Shown: positions 1-11,484 of the stretch, in pieces
How the letters are laid out: each line of letters starts with the position of its first letter
Position numbering within the stretch: the stretch's first letter is position 1
DNA from: Macrostomum lignano
Taxonomy: Eukaryota
Length of the DNA: 64,000 bases
Assembly (NCBI GenBank): GCA_002269645.1
Contig: NIVC01000550.1
Location: 186,001-250,000, forward strand
Direction: 5' to 3'
Translations under genes and position numbers: made by a program
The notes under the pieces: model-generated
What the model was told of the DNA's origin: nothing
Databases searched by the model: none
The model's input: the letters and a program-made list of their open reading frames with translations, nothing else

Positions 1-23
1 CAAAAAAATTCAATAGAATAGCC

Positions 24-1098
24 ATGTTTCGACGCTTTAGCCAACAAAGTAACTTCTACCTTGTATGTCTACTGTTACTTAAAACATGTGCCACATCGAT
101 AACCCACAATCCTAATAAACGTTGGTACATCCTGGAAAGTCCAAAAAGTCCCACTGCGCCAAACAGCTTCCATTCGGAATTAGTCACCGACCAAGACTGG
201 AGCGCCCAGGTGCTGATCTGCAGCTTAGTTTGCGACTCGAAGCGGAGTTCCTGCTTTGGGTTCTATTGGTTGAGCGGTCGATGCTATCTATTTGATGTCG
301 GCGCCTATGCGATGCGGCAAGACTGGCGGAACCTGGCTTTGATCAGCGACGTGTATACGAAAGCTTTTGGTAATTTTGGTTATAAAATTGTAATATTGTA
401 TGGAGGTTAATCACCTTAACGTTCCCTGAGAAATGCATTTAGCGTGATTGTCAGAGGACAAACTTTGGATTTACCAAAATAAGCTTATCATTTTAAAAAC
501 CTCCGTTAAAGTCAATGGTTCGAAAGAGCTGTTCGTTTATTTGTTGTTGCTCTCTGTACCCTAGTGCTCGAATCTGGAATCGATAGAGTCCTATACTCAA
601 TTAAAACATTTTAAAGTCATTTAAAGCAGTTTATGAACATTAAATATTGGTCACTGATACACTATACGCATCAATAAACTGAATTCAACAGGTCTGATCA
701 AGCTGCCTCTATCCAGCTGCAGTCAGAGCTCCACAAGCCATGACGGACATTGCCAGAAAGCTATTGATGGCAGCTATAATAATAATTACTTCGCTGGTAG
801 ATCCTGCACCCATACGAAGGGGGGATCAGTAGGCCAGTGGTGGGAGGCTCAGCTGCCGTCATCGGAATCTACCTTTGTCACCATCTACAACAGGCAGGAT
901 TGCTGCCCTGAGCGGCTCAACCAGTTTTCACTGCAGATTGACGGCGTTGAGTGCCACAGGGTGAACCTTACTACGCCATTCTCTGCAGCCAATTTCACCT
1001 GCATTGCATCTGGTAGAGCAGTGCGAATCTACAACTATCATGCTGGGCCGCTCACAATCTGCGAGTTTGAAGCCTACAGAATCGTGCCTTACGGATAG
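24..1098 (+). CDS. Secreted PAN/Apple-like + F-type lectin (fucolectin) protein, copy 1; exons 24-369 and 692-1098 (250 aa)
   Basis: Exon 1 has a hydrophobic signal peptide and a PAN-like Cys pattern (CSLVC..SCFGFYW..GRCYLF). Phase-1 GT..AG intron at 370-691. Exon 2 was translated by hand (absent from the ORF track): AIDG Ca-binding motif and canonical H-x26-R-x-D-x4-R fucose motif (CTHT...YNRQDCCPERL), stop TAG at 1096-1098. Confidence 0.85.
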
Positions 1099-2488
1099 TA
1101 TAGATATTACTAAATTTACACAGCGGCCTAACAACTAATAAATATCTAACCAAGTCACAAACTAATACTTTGCGCTCCACAAAAGGGGCTATTTGATCTG
1201 TAAGTTTCTTCTGTTAAAGCTGTTTCATCTCATGCTAACACATTAGGTATAGACAGTGACCGTTCAAATCGAGTGGCTTTTTGCGGTCTGCATGGTTACA
1301 AACTGAAATATGATCCCTAAATTTTCACTGCTCTCACACTAGGACAGATTGAGAATTAAACAGATAAAACATTGATGCAAGAAATTTTCGGGACATTATT
1401 TGCGTTCTCCGGGATTTTATTTGGTAATAATGAATAATATCCCGTAAAATATAGACAGACATCGAACAATGAAAGCAGCCAAGTTTATCTTAGAACTGAT
1501 CTTTACTCTTTACGAGCATCGACAATCGAGCAGTTGGATTCAGACTTTAAACTCAGAACCGTTAGACAAAAAATGTGTCTTCTGTAAAGCAGAAAGCGAA
1601 CAATTGTGATAAAGTGGACTTATTTTTGCTTCTAGTGATGCATAAATTTTGTGATACAACTGCGCAACTGCATGTGACTATATACTGTCAAGACCACATG
1701 TGTGCTCTATCAGATGTTTTCACGGCCATTAGGTGCAGTGTGTGAGCAAAACAGGTTGTACTCTTGCAAACCACGACGACATATCCATTAAAGCATCGGG
1801 CGTGTGGGTTTCAACCAAAGAGTGCAGTATTGTAGGTCGCCATGATACGAGCGCGTGAGTTCGAACAAAAAAATTAAGCACATTATATTTTCTCCGCCTA
1901 ACCCCTCTCCGATCACCATAATTATTGCAGTAGAAATGAGAAAATTATGAGATGCAGAAATGAGACTCAAAAATACGCATCTATATGATGAGGACGCACT
2001 TTTTCCCAAATCCCGCGCCAGCACATGGGCCCTGAACTTACTAGCCTATTGACAGTGGGCAATGGGCATTTTTATCCTTTTTCTGCAAATTGTCATAGAA
2101 TCTATACTAGATATAATGTCTGGCCATGCTAGTAGTCATAATAACATAGGCGTAGCTTTTTGGGTCGTAAATCATCGCTTCCGAAGTTGGTCTGACAGCC
2201 ACCTGCGCCTCACTCAGTGTTGAGACGGGCGCCAGATGGTCTGAGAGGATGCGGGCGGTAGCTTTTTTCTCATCATTTTGACAGGCCATCAAGATTTATG
2301 AGGTCAGAGCCTATTGTTCGGATTCACTCAAGCGTGTGACAGCTTTGACAGCTATGCGTTTTACCCCTAAAAGTACTTTGGGATTAGCGATTAGCAATTT
2401 CTCTTCATTATCTTCACTTTCTATTTAATAAGAGCTTTCTAATGTATATTTTTTCATTAATTTCTGTCAATCCTACGCGAAAAGTCAT

Positions 2489-2710
2489 ATAAATCATTTT
2501 GTTGCGATTTTGAGTGATTTATGGCCGCACCTGTCATCTTTTTACGACCCTGTGGGAACTGATAGGGTCTCTCGGTCACGTGATTCTGGGTAGCAACAAG
2601 CTTAGCCAATCAGAAAATTCGGCGCTCATTTTACCAAAACGGCTCAGCCAATCAGAATCGACGTGTTCCATTATAACAAACTGCGGTCCAGTTGGCGGCT
2701 ATTTAAACCG
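2489..2710 (+). promoter_or_regulatory. Orphan Pol II promoter-like cluster (possible LTR U3)
   Basis: TGATTTAT twice (2489-2496 reverse, 2515-2522), CTGTCA 2531-2536, TTTACGAC, E-box GTCACGTGA 2575-2583, AGCCAATCAG at 2604 and 2646, TATTTAAA 2700-2707. Confidence 0.4.
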
Positions 2711-5163
2711 GAGTTTTTGGCCCGCTCGGACTGCAACGGGCTAGGAACACTTGCTCGGGCCCAGCACGCAACTTCTGGTTCCCGGAGCGCGACCGTCGTT
2801 TCTTGATCCCCGGATTGCGACTCCCCCCCATCATCATCAAGGACGAGTCCCCCGGTCGTCAGCAGCGAACATCAAGCGAAGATCATCACCTGCTAGCTAT
2901 CAGCGAAGATTGTGTCAGCATCATCCCGAGTCTACAGCTGCGAAGCATCAAGCCGATTCGGTCACTGTGGATTTCCTGGTCTCCGGCTGTTGAGTTTCTG
3001 ATTGGTTGGGTGAGAGGCTACCTAGACTTGCTTGATTGGGTGATCCCCTATCTGTCCCCTGTTTCAGTAGCTGAATTAGGCGCACACTTTTGCTCATTTT
3101 GTTCAGTAGTGCTGTTACTGAGGCAGAAATCACTTAATAATACTACTAGTAGTCTGAAACTCCAATTCAATCTGAGGTGTGAAGTGATCTAAGGAGAAGG
3201 TTAAATCTGACAGTTATTTTTATCGGTTTTAGTTCTTTGTTCGCCGATGGCTCAGATGAGTAGCTAAGCTAGTAGGCGCCGGTCACAGTGGACCAATGGC
3301 AAGGCAGTTCTCAGTCGATAAATCAATCAAATCAGTGAGCAAAACTGCCAGAAGTGCAGAATCGGCGCCAGAGATGTACTTTGTGCACTCTAGGTTAGCC
3401 AAGCGGCTCAGGTAATGAATCATGCGAGATCTCTGAAGTTCGAGTTAGTCTATCATCAGCGCTATGAGAGGCTAGTTGGCGCGTTGAAGGCCAAAAGTAC
3501 ATATCTTCGTATTTAGCAATGTAATAGTACATGCAGCTACCCCATAGACTCGCCACCGCAAGAATCCCCTGCACAAGTCCCCTCTGTACCTGCATGGCCA
3601 ACGCGATCTAGTCCCAGCAGTGTCCCTTATCATCGGCTATGACTTCGAGATTGACAGCAAAAAGACACTAGTTGGCAGGTAAGTGCAAAGCCCCTTCTAG
3701 TCGGAAGCCCGATTTCGAGAGTCCCGGTGTGGTGAGCCAGGGCGCACGGGCTGGTGGCAGCAAGTTAGTTGATCTGCGGATTAGCTAATTTCTACTTTCA
3801 AAATTCTCCCTGCTCGTCTCTCGCTGTCCCTCTCTTAGCTATAGGACCTAGACTGCTCGCCACACGATCAAGCTACCATGGGGCTGACCATCTGACAGGA
3901 GTGGGGGGCCAGGTCTCTAAGTGATTTGTTTCTGAGCCTGAGGCCCGAAGGCTTCCTAACAAGGGACCCGAAGGTCGAAACCCATCATATATTTGAAAGT
4001 TCCAGCAGATCTTAACGTCACCCGTATAATCGCCACTCTCAAATAATCGACTTCTTTAAAAAAAGAGACGAACGAAAAAAACGATTTTAGACCGAATGCA
4101 GCATCCTTCCGCTTCAATTGTCAATTGTTTCAACGCCGCGTTGTCTATAGCTACAATGAAATAATCTGTTAATCTACACTATAGAATTGTTGAATATCTC
4201 GATCGAGGACAGATTGGTGTTATAAGAAATAAACGGATAAGCCAGTCCTGCATGTTCCACACAGACGCGTTATGTCCGTTGTGGAAAAAACTTGACAAAA
4301 GAGTCGATTTGGTTGTGTGGGCGTGCTTTTTCTATAGCTTACTCTATTTCAGGCCCAGTCCATGAAGGACTGAAGGTAAAAATATGTGGAAGTCACATGA
4401 CTGCGGGGCATTGTTAGTACGTTTTTTATATACGTTCCTCCAGGCTTTAGCAAATAGATTTCTATTGAAAACAAATATAACCCTTTTGCCAAACGTCACT
4501 ATGTTAAAGCCCGCGCGTTTCTGTAGATGAGGTAAAGGCAGTATATACCCAAGACTGGCTTAGCTAGATATAAAACAATGTTGCGGATTGAATACGTATA
4601 TGTTTATCGTATTAATTCTTGCATTTTACTTGGGAGGGAGATCCGGTGATGCCAGTGCATCTGCAGCACGTTCCCATTTCGGAGAGTCCAGGAGGTGGAT
4701 ATGGTCGCTCGCCCGCGGTGGCCCTAAAGGTAGCGGACGAGCTGGCAGAGATTCTCGGGCATTCACAGATACAGATAAAATGCTCCGCATTCTCAACTCC
4801 GGAGAGGCAGGGCATTCGATTCTTGCTACGGAGTTTTACCTTGGAGGTAACGATGCCTGGCAAAACAGCCATGACGTCGATCAAAGAGGGCCAGTTGAGT
4901 CCAAGCATGGCCATGCAGAGCGCGGGGAAGAGGGACAGGGGACAGCCGCGCGGGATTGCAGGCAGTCGGGGGCGTTAGCCCACCTCTCCCAGTGATGGAT
5001 GCTAACACACTGATCCGAGTTGTGACAACGGCGGCGGGGGTGATGGCCACGGGCAGTAGACCAATAAAAGGACCCATGCAGTTTGTTGGCGGGATCAATT
5101 CATGCAGCAATAGGCTGGAGCAAAAGCAAAACCTCTGCCATATTCAGCTAGTAGGCAACAAGC

Positions 5164-7235
5164 ATGCAGATGCGTCACTCTCTGCAGCTAAGCTTTGCTG
5201 TGGCTGCTTCCGCTTTAGTGCTTCTTGTGGTGGCCATAGCAACTGTTGAAAGCAACTCGAGCACAAACAAACGCTCATTTAGTCTGACGAACTCCAATAG
5301 TTTGATTGCACCATTTGATTTCTATTCGGAGTCGAATATCGACAATGAGCTGCTTTGTTCCACGAAGTGCCGCTCCAAAGTTGAGAACTGCTTCGGTTTC
5401 TACTGGCTGCCGTCGAGCCTGAATTGCCGATTGTTCAACGCTTCGGCTTACTTCAACCGCACAAACTGGTTGTTGGTCAGCTCTGAACTGACTAATATCT
5501 ATACTGTGGTGTTTAAAAGTGAGTCGTACAATATGTATTCATATATATTTATTCGATTTCGTGTTTGCGTGGTTTTTCTGGTTGAATAATTCACGGATAC
5601 GGCACAATTTTAGAAGGCAGGCAGGGGGTCGCCATGGATTTTATGGTGGTTGGGGGACAAAATCAAGAATTATACATGATAAAATTCCTACAAGTACATT
5701 ATTTTCCAAAGCGGTGTTGTCAGCTAGCGATCACTTTGGCGCCGCAGGCACTCATTTTGGCGCCGCAGGCACTCATTTTGGTGCTGCAGGCGCTATGTTT
5801 TGTAGCCCTGAAGCAAAATTACTGATTTCCATAACGGTTCAACAAGGTGAGTTGGGGGGGCATAGCATGATCAGTCAGACCCAACAATGTTCATCTTTTG
5901 GTATGTCGTGCCTTTTCTTATTAGTTCTATTGATTGATATTCATAAGGCTTTCAGTGTTTCGTTCTGTTACACATTTTGTTACACAAAACACAGTCAGCT
6001 AGGATCATAAAACATTTTCTATGATTTTTAGGCACAGGACATATAGGTATAGGATATAAAATTTATGTAGAATCCTATAATTTTCTGAACAAGAAGCTCT
6101 ATGAATGTAAATATATAGTAGATCTATAAGTAAGGCAAGTCCAAAGATCAAATAGCTCGTATACACAAGATGGGCCACTCATTAACCACTTATGTGGCCA
6201 TAGAAGCTAATGTGAATCATGTTGCCCCTCGCGACAGCGCGAAAATCAACTACTGAACTCAATTTTGTCAGTAGTCTATGCAGTGCATGCATCATTCTTA
6301 GTTTGATTTGAGTATGTTTTTATTTAATTCAAGGGAAGTTCTATCAAATTCTCAAAAAATAGCGTCTATGTCCCTATAAGCTACTGAACTCAAAATTTAA
6401 GCAACCCAATGTCGGCTTTTTTCAAAGATCAACATTGGTACATCTGTCTCCTATTAAAATCCTTACCCATCATTCTACTTGAGTAGTCTTTGTCACAGTC
6501 ACTTCGCCTAAGAGACGTCTTAGTCTTAGTCTAGCTTAGTCTTTACTTTCTACCTTAATTCGTGAGAATAATGCTCTTGAAGACCATGTTCTATTAGTAA
6601 GTTTCGAGCGCTTCAGCCCTATAGCCGAGAGCTCGTACATTAGCTCGTATATCTTGAAGACCCTTCAAAATATGCCTGCACTGCACATAGATATATTGTA
6701 AATTACATGCATGTATGTGTAGCTTAATTCGTCTTTGTTTGACAAACTATACTTTTAGCAGCTGGAAATGTAAAAATGTTGCAGTGAGTCCTTTGAACTC
6801 CTCCTTCTAACAATCACTGCTCTAGATTTGTGGTCTTGGATACAGCCCACCAGCTGTCAGCAGAGCAGCACAGACCTCGGCGGAGTTTGCGATCGAGCCA
6901 TCGATGGCAACTATTCTCAGGAGTTTCAAACTGGCTCGTGCACCCACACCGGGAATTCTACTACTGACCAATGGTTTGAAGTGCAACTGCCACAGGTCTC
7001 CCGTGTGTGGTACGTTCTGATTTATAAACGGACGGACTGCTGCAGCGACAGGCTCAACAACATCACGCTGCTAGTTGACGGTGTGGAGTGCATCAGTCAA
7101 GATTATACCAGCCCACTCTCTACTGCTGCCATTCTACTCTGCAATGGATTCGGAAGTCGAGTGCGTCTGGTGAGTCGGCTGCAAGAACCGTTTAGCCTCT
7201 GCGAGTTTCGAATTATCGGAATGAACCTTGCTTAA
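5164..7235 (+). CDS. Secreted PAN/Apple-like + F-type lectin protein, copy 2; exons 5164-5518 and 6826-7235 (~254 aa)
   Basis: Signal peptide and PAN-like CSTKC..NCFGFYW..NCRLF. Donor GTGAGT at 5519 and acceptor TCTAG ending 6825, phase 1 as in copy 1. Exon 2 has AIDG and H-x27-RTDCCSDR. Confidence 0.85.
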
Positions 7236-7290
7236 GCTGACCCACGCGCTCGTCGGGAAATTTACGTAGCTAAATTAAAGGAACATTGTA

Positions 7291-8169
7291 CCATGACCTT
7301 GTGCCTGCTGGGCACTTATTCTTGCCTTTGAATGCCATAGACTACATTTAAGCCCGCTTGCAGGAGTCAAACTTACTTTAATGCAAATTAGCGGGCAGTT
7401 AATGACATTTAACGCCCGATTGTCTATGTCAAACTTACTTTAATGCAAATTAGCGGGCAGTTAATGACATTTGACGCCCGATTGTCTATGTCAAATTTAC
7501 TTTAATGCAAATTAGCGGGCAGTTAATGACATTTGACGCCCGATTTTCTATGTCAAACTTACTTTAATGCAAATTAGCGGGCAGTTAATGACATTTAACG
7601 CCCGATTTTCTATGTCAAACTTACTTTAATGCAAATTAGCGGGCAGTTAATGACATTTAACGCCCGATTTTCTATGTCAAACTTACTTTAATGCAAATTA
7701 GCGGGCAGTTAATGACATTTAACGCCCGATTGTCTATGTCAAACTTACTTTAATGCAAATTAGCGGGCAGTTAATGACATTTAACGCCCGATTGTCTATG
7801 TCAAACTTACTTTAATGCAAATTAGCGGGCAGTTAATGACATTTAACGCCCGATTTTCTATTTCAAACTTACTTTAATGCAAATTAGCTGCCCATACGCG
7901 CTGCGGAAATCCAAAGGTCGACTGACGACTTTGGCTGACGACTTTGGTTATAGGTTGACGACTTTGGCGGGATGGAGCCAGTAAGTGGCATCGAAAAAAT
8001 GCGAGCGAATTTGCATTAAAGTAAGTTTGACATAGACAATCGGGCGTTAAATGTCATTAACTGCCTGCTAATTTGCATTAAATTAAGTGTGACTCCTGCA
8101 AGCGGGCTTAAATGTAGTTTATGGCATTAAAAGGCAAGAATAAGTGCCCAGCGGGCATAAAGGTCATGG
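7291..8169. mobile_element. Foldback/MITE-like element with long inverted arms containing a 62-bp tandem unit
   Basis: The left end from 7291 (CCATGACCTT...GCAGGAGTCAAAC) is the reverse complement of ~8008-8169. About 8.5 copies of the 62-bp unit on the left arm and ~1.4 inverted copies on the right. No TSD found. Confidence 0.75.
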
Positions 8170-10242
8170 GAAATGGGAATGGGAAATGGGAAAATCAGAG
8201 GGCGCCGTTAGGCGCCCGAGGATTTCTCATCAACGCCCGCAAAGCATGGGTATTAATGTACTAATGACCGTGTCGGAAAACCGAAGAAAATAAGCTGGTC
8301 CGTTGGTTTAAAGCTTTTTTGTCTATATTTATGCATGCTTGTCCTATACGCCTGATCCTGATTTCAACTTACAAATTTCTAATCATTTTATTTATAGATT
8401 TGTTCTTTGAGGTTAAGTTATAATTTGAAGAAATTACATTCTGTTACATTGATTAATTTTCTTAGAAAGAGTATTGACACGAAGTTGCGCGTCTGTTGCA
8501 TCACACAATAAATTAAATCTAACGATCTACAATATGGTACATGTAAGGGGGCCGGCCAAATAAATTGTCACTTGAAAAAAAATGTAGGCCGATTTTTCCC
8601 TGAATTCTTACTTCTAATTATTTGGTCTCGGTGGACATGGTGGCTTAAGCGCGTTAAAAAAATCCGTTGTAATGTCTAAAAAACTATTTCTATTGACTGA
8701 AAAAATTTTTTCAGACTATAGACGAATTTCTCTGCGTTTTACGAGTTTAATGACTATAATCCTTTGTTTTCAAAAGCTTTCTTACTTTTTATTGCTTTTT
8801 TTATCCGGCAAATATAATATTTTGTTTTAATCTTCATGAGAATTTGTTGACTGAAAGTTCAAAACTTTCCTCCTTTCCAGCAATATAAATTTCTGCTGTC
8901 CAATTACTTTGGCTATAGAATTATTTTTAGCATGAATTTCAAGCTTTAATTACGTATCTTTAATGCACTGCTGTAATCAAGTCCATTTCCTGCTAGTTTC
9001 ATATTTTTACTATATTCTACTTTCTCTTCGTAAACTCACTTTCTACTTTAAAAACGTTATATACTAATTCACTACTTATTCAGTAGGATTGAAGAATATT
9101 TTGAATCTATGCTTTTATTAAGCTAAACTTTCTGAGCTCCATGGTTACGAGTATTTTAAGTATGGTTGAAAATGAAAACATAAAAAATTACCCCAAAACA
9201 TTATTTTCCAAGCATATCTATATTCTCTTAGACAGAAATCACGAAAATTAAAAAACTCCAGGTTTTACACAACACTGCACTGGGAGTTGGCTCGTGTACG
9301 TAGTTTTGAACTCCAACTTTCTGAATTCGCAATAAAATGGTTACTCGTAAGTAAAATTCTTTACACGGTTCAGATCAAGAAAGGGCTTTAATTTTTCCGA
9401 TGAATATCTAAATCCCTTGGTAATTACAGCCGTGAAATTGGGTTTTACAATCGAATTGGAGTATAGGAAATCTCCCAATCCGAATTCCGTGACTCTTGCC
9501 TCTGTGGGACAAAAATTGTACATTTTAACAAACTGATTGAAAATGCAGAAATCTTGGTGAATTAGGGAGCGGCTTTTTGATTCGTTTGGAGTGCACGAAC
9601 TTTATCTGATTTTCTTGTCGTGACTGAAGGAATTTCGATCATTGCTGATTAACGATGAGATCCACGTCAAGTCACGGGTGTGCTCATAGCGGTACTCAAA
9701 CTGGTCTATGGAATTTCGGAGTCAATAGTTAAGGCAGCGTACAGATAGACAGGTAGACAAGTCAATGGCTAAAATTTTACAAAGATCATACTAATAAGCA
9801 GTTATCGAAATACCGCTATAGCTAAATATACAATCTTAGCAAGAGGCCTATAAATTACCGTACTCATTCAATAAGGCAAACAGAGCAAGAGCTAATGCGA
9901 GTCAATTGTAATAAATTTAGCAACAGAGCTATCACAACAATTGCTGCGCCCAAAGGAAGAACTGCAGGGATTTTTGAAATCATCAAGTTTCTTGTAGATG
10001 TTTTTTAATCTCTAAAACTCATTGTTGAACAAAGAAGACACAAGAAGCAAGTGGCTTGAAGTATTTGGTAACATTGGATCTATTTTACAAGGAGCAATGG
10101 TTGAATTCTGTCTCATCAGGCATTTTTTAAGTCGACTCTCGCTCTAAATGCAAGAGTAATTCGGGCGCAGCAGAATGACTTTCAGCAGACATGGGAAAAA
10201 TGGCTTTCTAGATTGCCAGCTTGCTTATCAAAGGATCAAAGG

Positions 10243-11484
10243 CTACAACGATGTCAACATGCTGGTCGTCTGCAGCACCTCGCCAGCCGCGGTTCGCTGC
10301 AGCCTCTGTCTGGCCAACTCCTCGCCAATTTCCAGCTCCGTGATGCGAAATGCCCGACGCAGCTGCAGTGTGAAGGCGATGAGCAGCAGGCCAGCGAGTG
10401 GAAAGTAGGTTAGATGAAGCCAGTAGACAGCGTTCACCGCAGACTCTTCGATCGGCTGTCTGGAGGGCAGATTGCGCAGCACCGTTTGCAGCATCGCGGT
10501 TGCACAGTGGGGCAGCTGGGTGACCGCTTGCAGAAAGCTCAGCATTAGCAGCAGAGTTCGAGCAGTTCGTATCGGACGACCGAGCAGCAGTCGCGGCTCG
10601 CACCTGTAATAACCTCTGCTGCCTTCGATTGAAGCGGCGATCACCATCGCTCCACCGAATCCGTTGCCTTGAATTCGCGCCCTGCGCAGCGACTGTTGCG
10701 GATTCTGTCGGCGACATCTTCTCTGTTTGTCGCGTCTTCGATAGCGCGATGGACTTCGCTGATTTTCGTTGTTCAACTCGCCGTGGTCAGCGTAATTGCC
10801 AGCCCGATAGTGGTAGACTTCGTTGAAGTCCTCGGTGTCGGACGAATCAACTGATCCGCCGTCGCCCCGACTGTCCTCGTCTCTGTAGGGCTTGTAGGCG
10901 CACAGCAGGCAGGTCAGGGCCAGCTGGGCCAGCAGCGGCGCGGCCAGCAGAACAGTCAGCGGCGCCAGCCAGGCCCAGCGCTCGAGCATCAGGCAGCGAC
11001 CCTCGTTGCGCAGCGCCGACTCCGTGGACTCCTTGTGCATGAGTAGGACCGGTAGCAGTCCCAGGCTGCAGGCCGCCCAAGGCAGACAGTGCGCGGTGAG
11101 GTAACACAGCCTGGTGCAGCTCTGGCCGCATCGCCTTGGCGGATACCGGACGCTTCGAAAGCAGACAATGACACCAGCTGTCAGGTACAGGTACAGAGCA
11201 GGCAGGAACAGCCGGCAGAACAGGTAGATCTTGCAGCAGACTCGCCACACCGGCTGGTCCAGGTGCCGATCAACCGACAGCAGCAGCGAGTGAATCGATG
11301 TCACCAGGCCGGCGTGGAGACAGCCGACCAGGCCGGCGTGGAAGCACAGGCCGTGCAGCAGGTCGCCGTAGCGCCTGCAGCCGCCGAACAGAGCAGCTCC
11401 GGCCAGAGCCAGATTGATGGCGCCGCTGACGCCGGCCAAGCAGAGCCCGAGGACGCCTCCCGGCCAAGCGATTGGCGTCGGCAT
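10243..11484 (-). CDS. Intronless divergent class A-like 7TM receptor (orphan GPCR), 413 aa
   Basis: Seven hydrophobic segments, Cys at the top of TM3 (RVCCKIY) and in ECL2 (EGRCLM), TM4 Trp (LPW), long polar ICL3, TM6 QLP, amphipathic helix-8-like QLRRAF. Lacks DRY and NPxxY. Confidence 0.7.
   Translation of the reverse strand: MPTPIAWPGGVLGLCLAGVSGAINLALAGAALFGGCRRYGDLLHGLCFHAGLVGCLHAGLVTSIHSLLLSVDRHLDQPVWRVCCKIYLFCRLFLPALYLYLTAGVIVCFRSVRYPPRRCGQSCTRLCYLTAHCLPWAACSLGLLPVLLMHKESTESALRNEGRCLMLERWAWLAPLTVLLAAPLLAQLALTCLLCAYKPYRDEDSRGDGGSVDSSDTEDFNEVYHYRAGNYADHGELNNENQRSPSRYRRRDKQRRCRRQNPQQSLRRARIQGNGFGGAMVIAASIEGSRGYYRCEPRLLLGRPIRTARTLLLMLSFLQAVTQLPHCATAMLQTVLRNLPSRQPIEESAVNAVYWLHLTYFPLAGLLLIAFTLQLRRAFRITELEIGEELARQRLQRTAAGEVLQTTSMLTSL

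Noticed and set aside
4588-5110. GC-rich ORFs, including LAEILGHS resembling a tyrosine-recombinase box
   Set aside because: No upstream H-x-x-R motif or catalytic Tyr, and overlapping short ORFs with no recognisable domain.
6165-6400. Possible fourth copy of MITE family A
   Set aside because: Only AGATGGGCCACTCA and CTACTGAACT are shared; no termini or TSD.
9341-9523. Short minus-strand ORF with a plausible acceptor
   Set aside because: No recognisable homology or partner exons.
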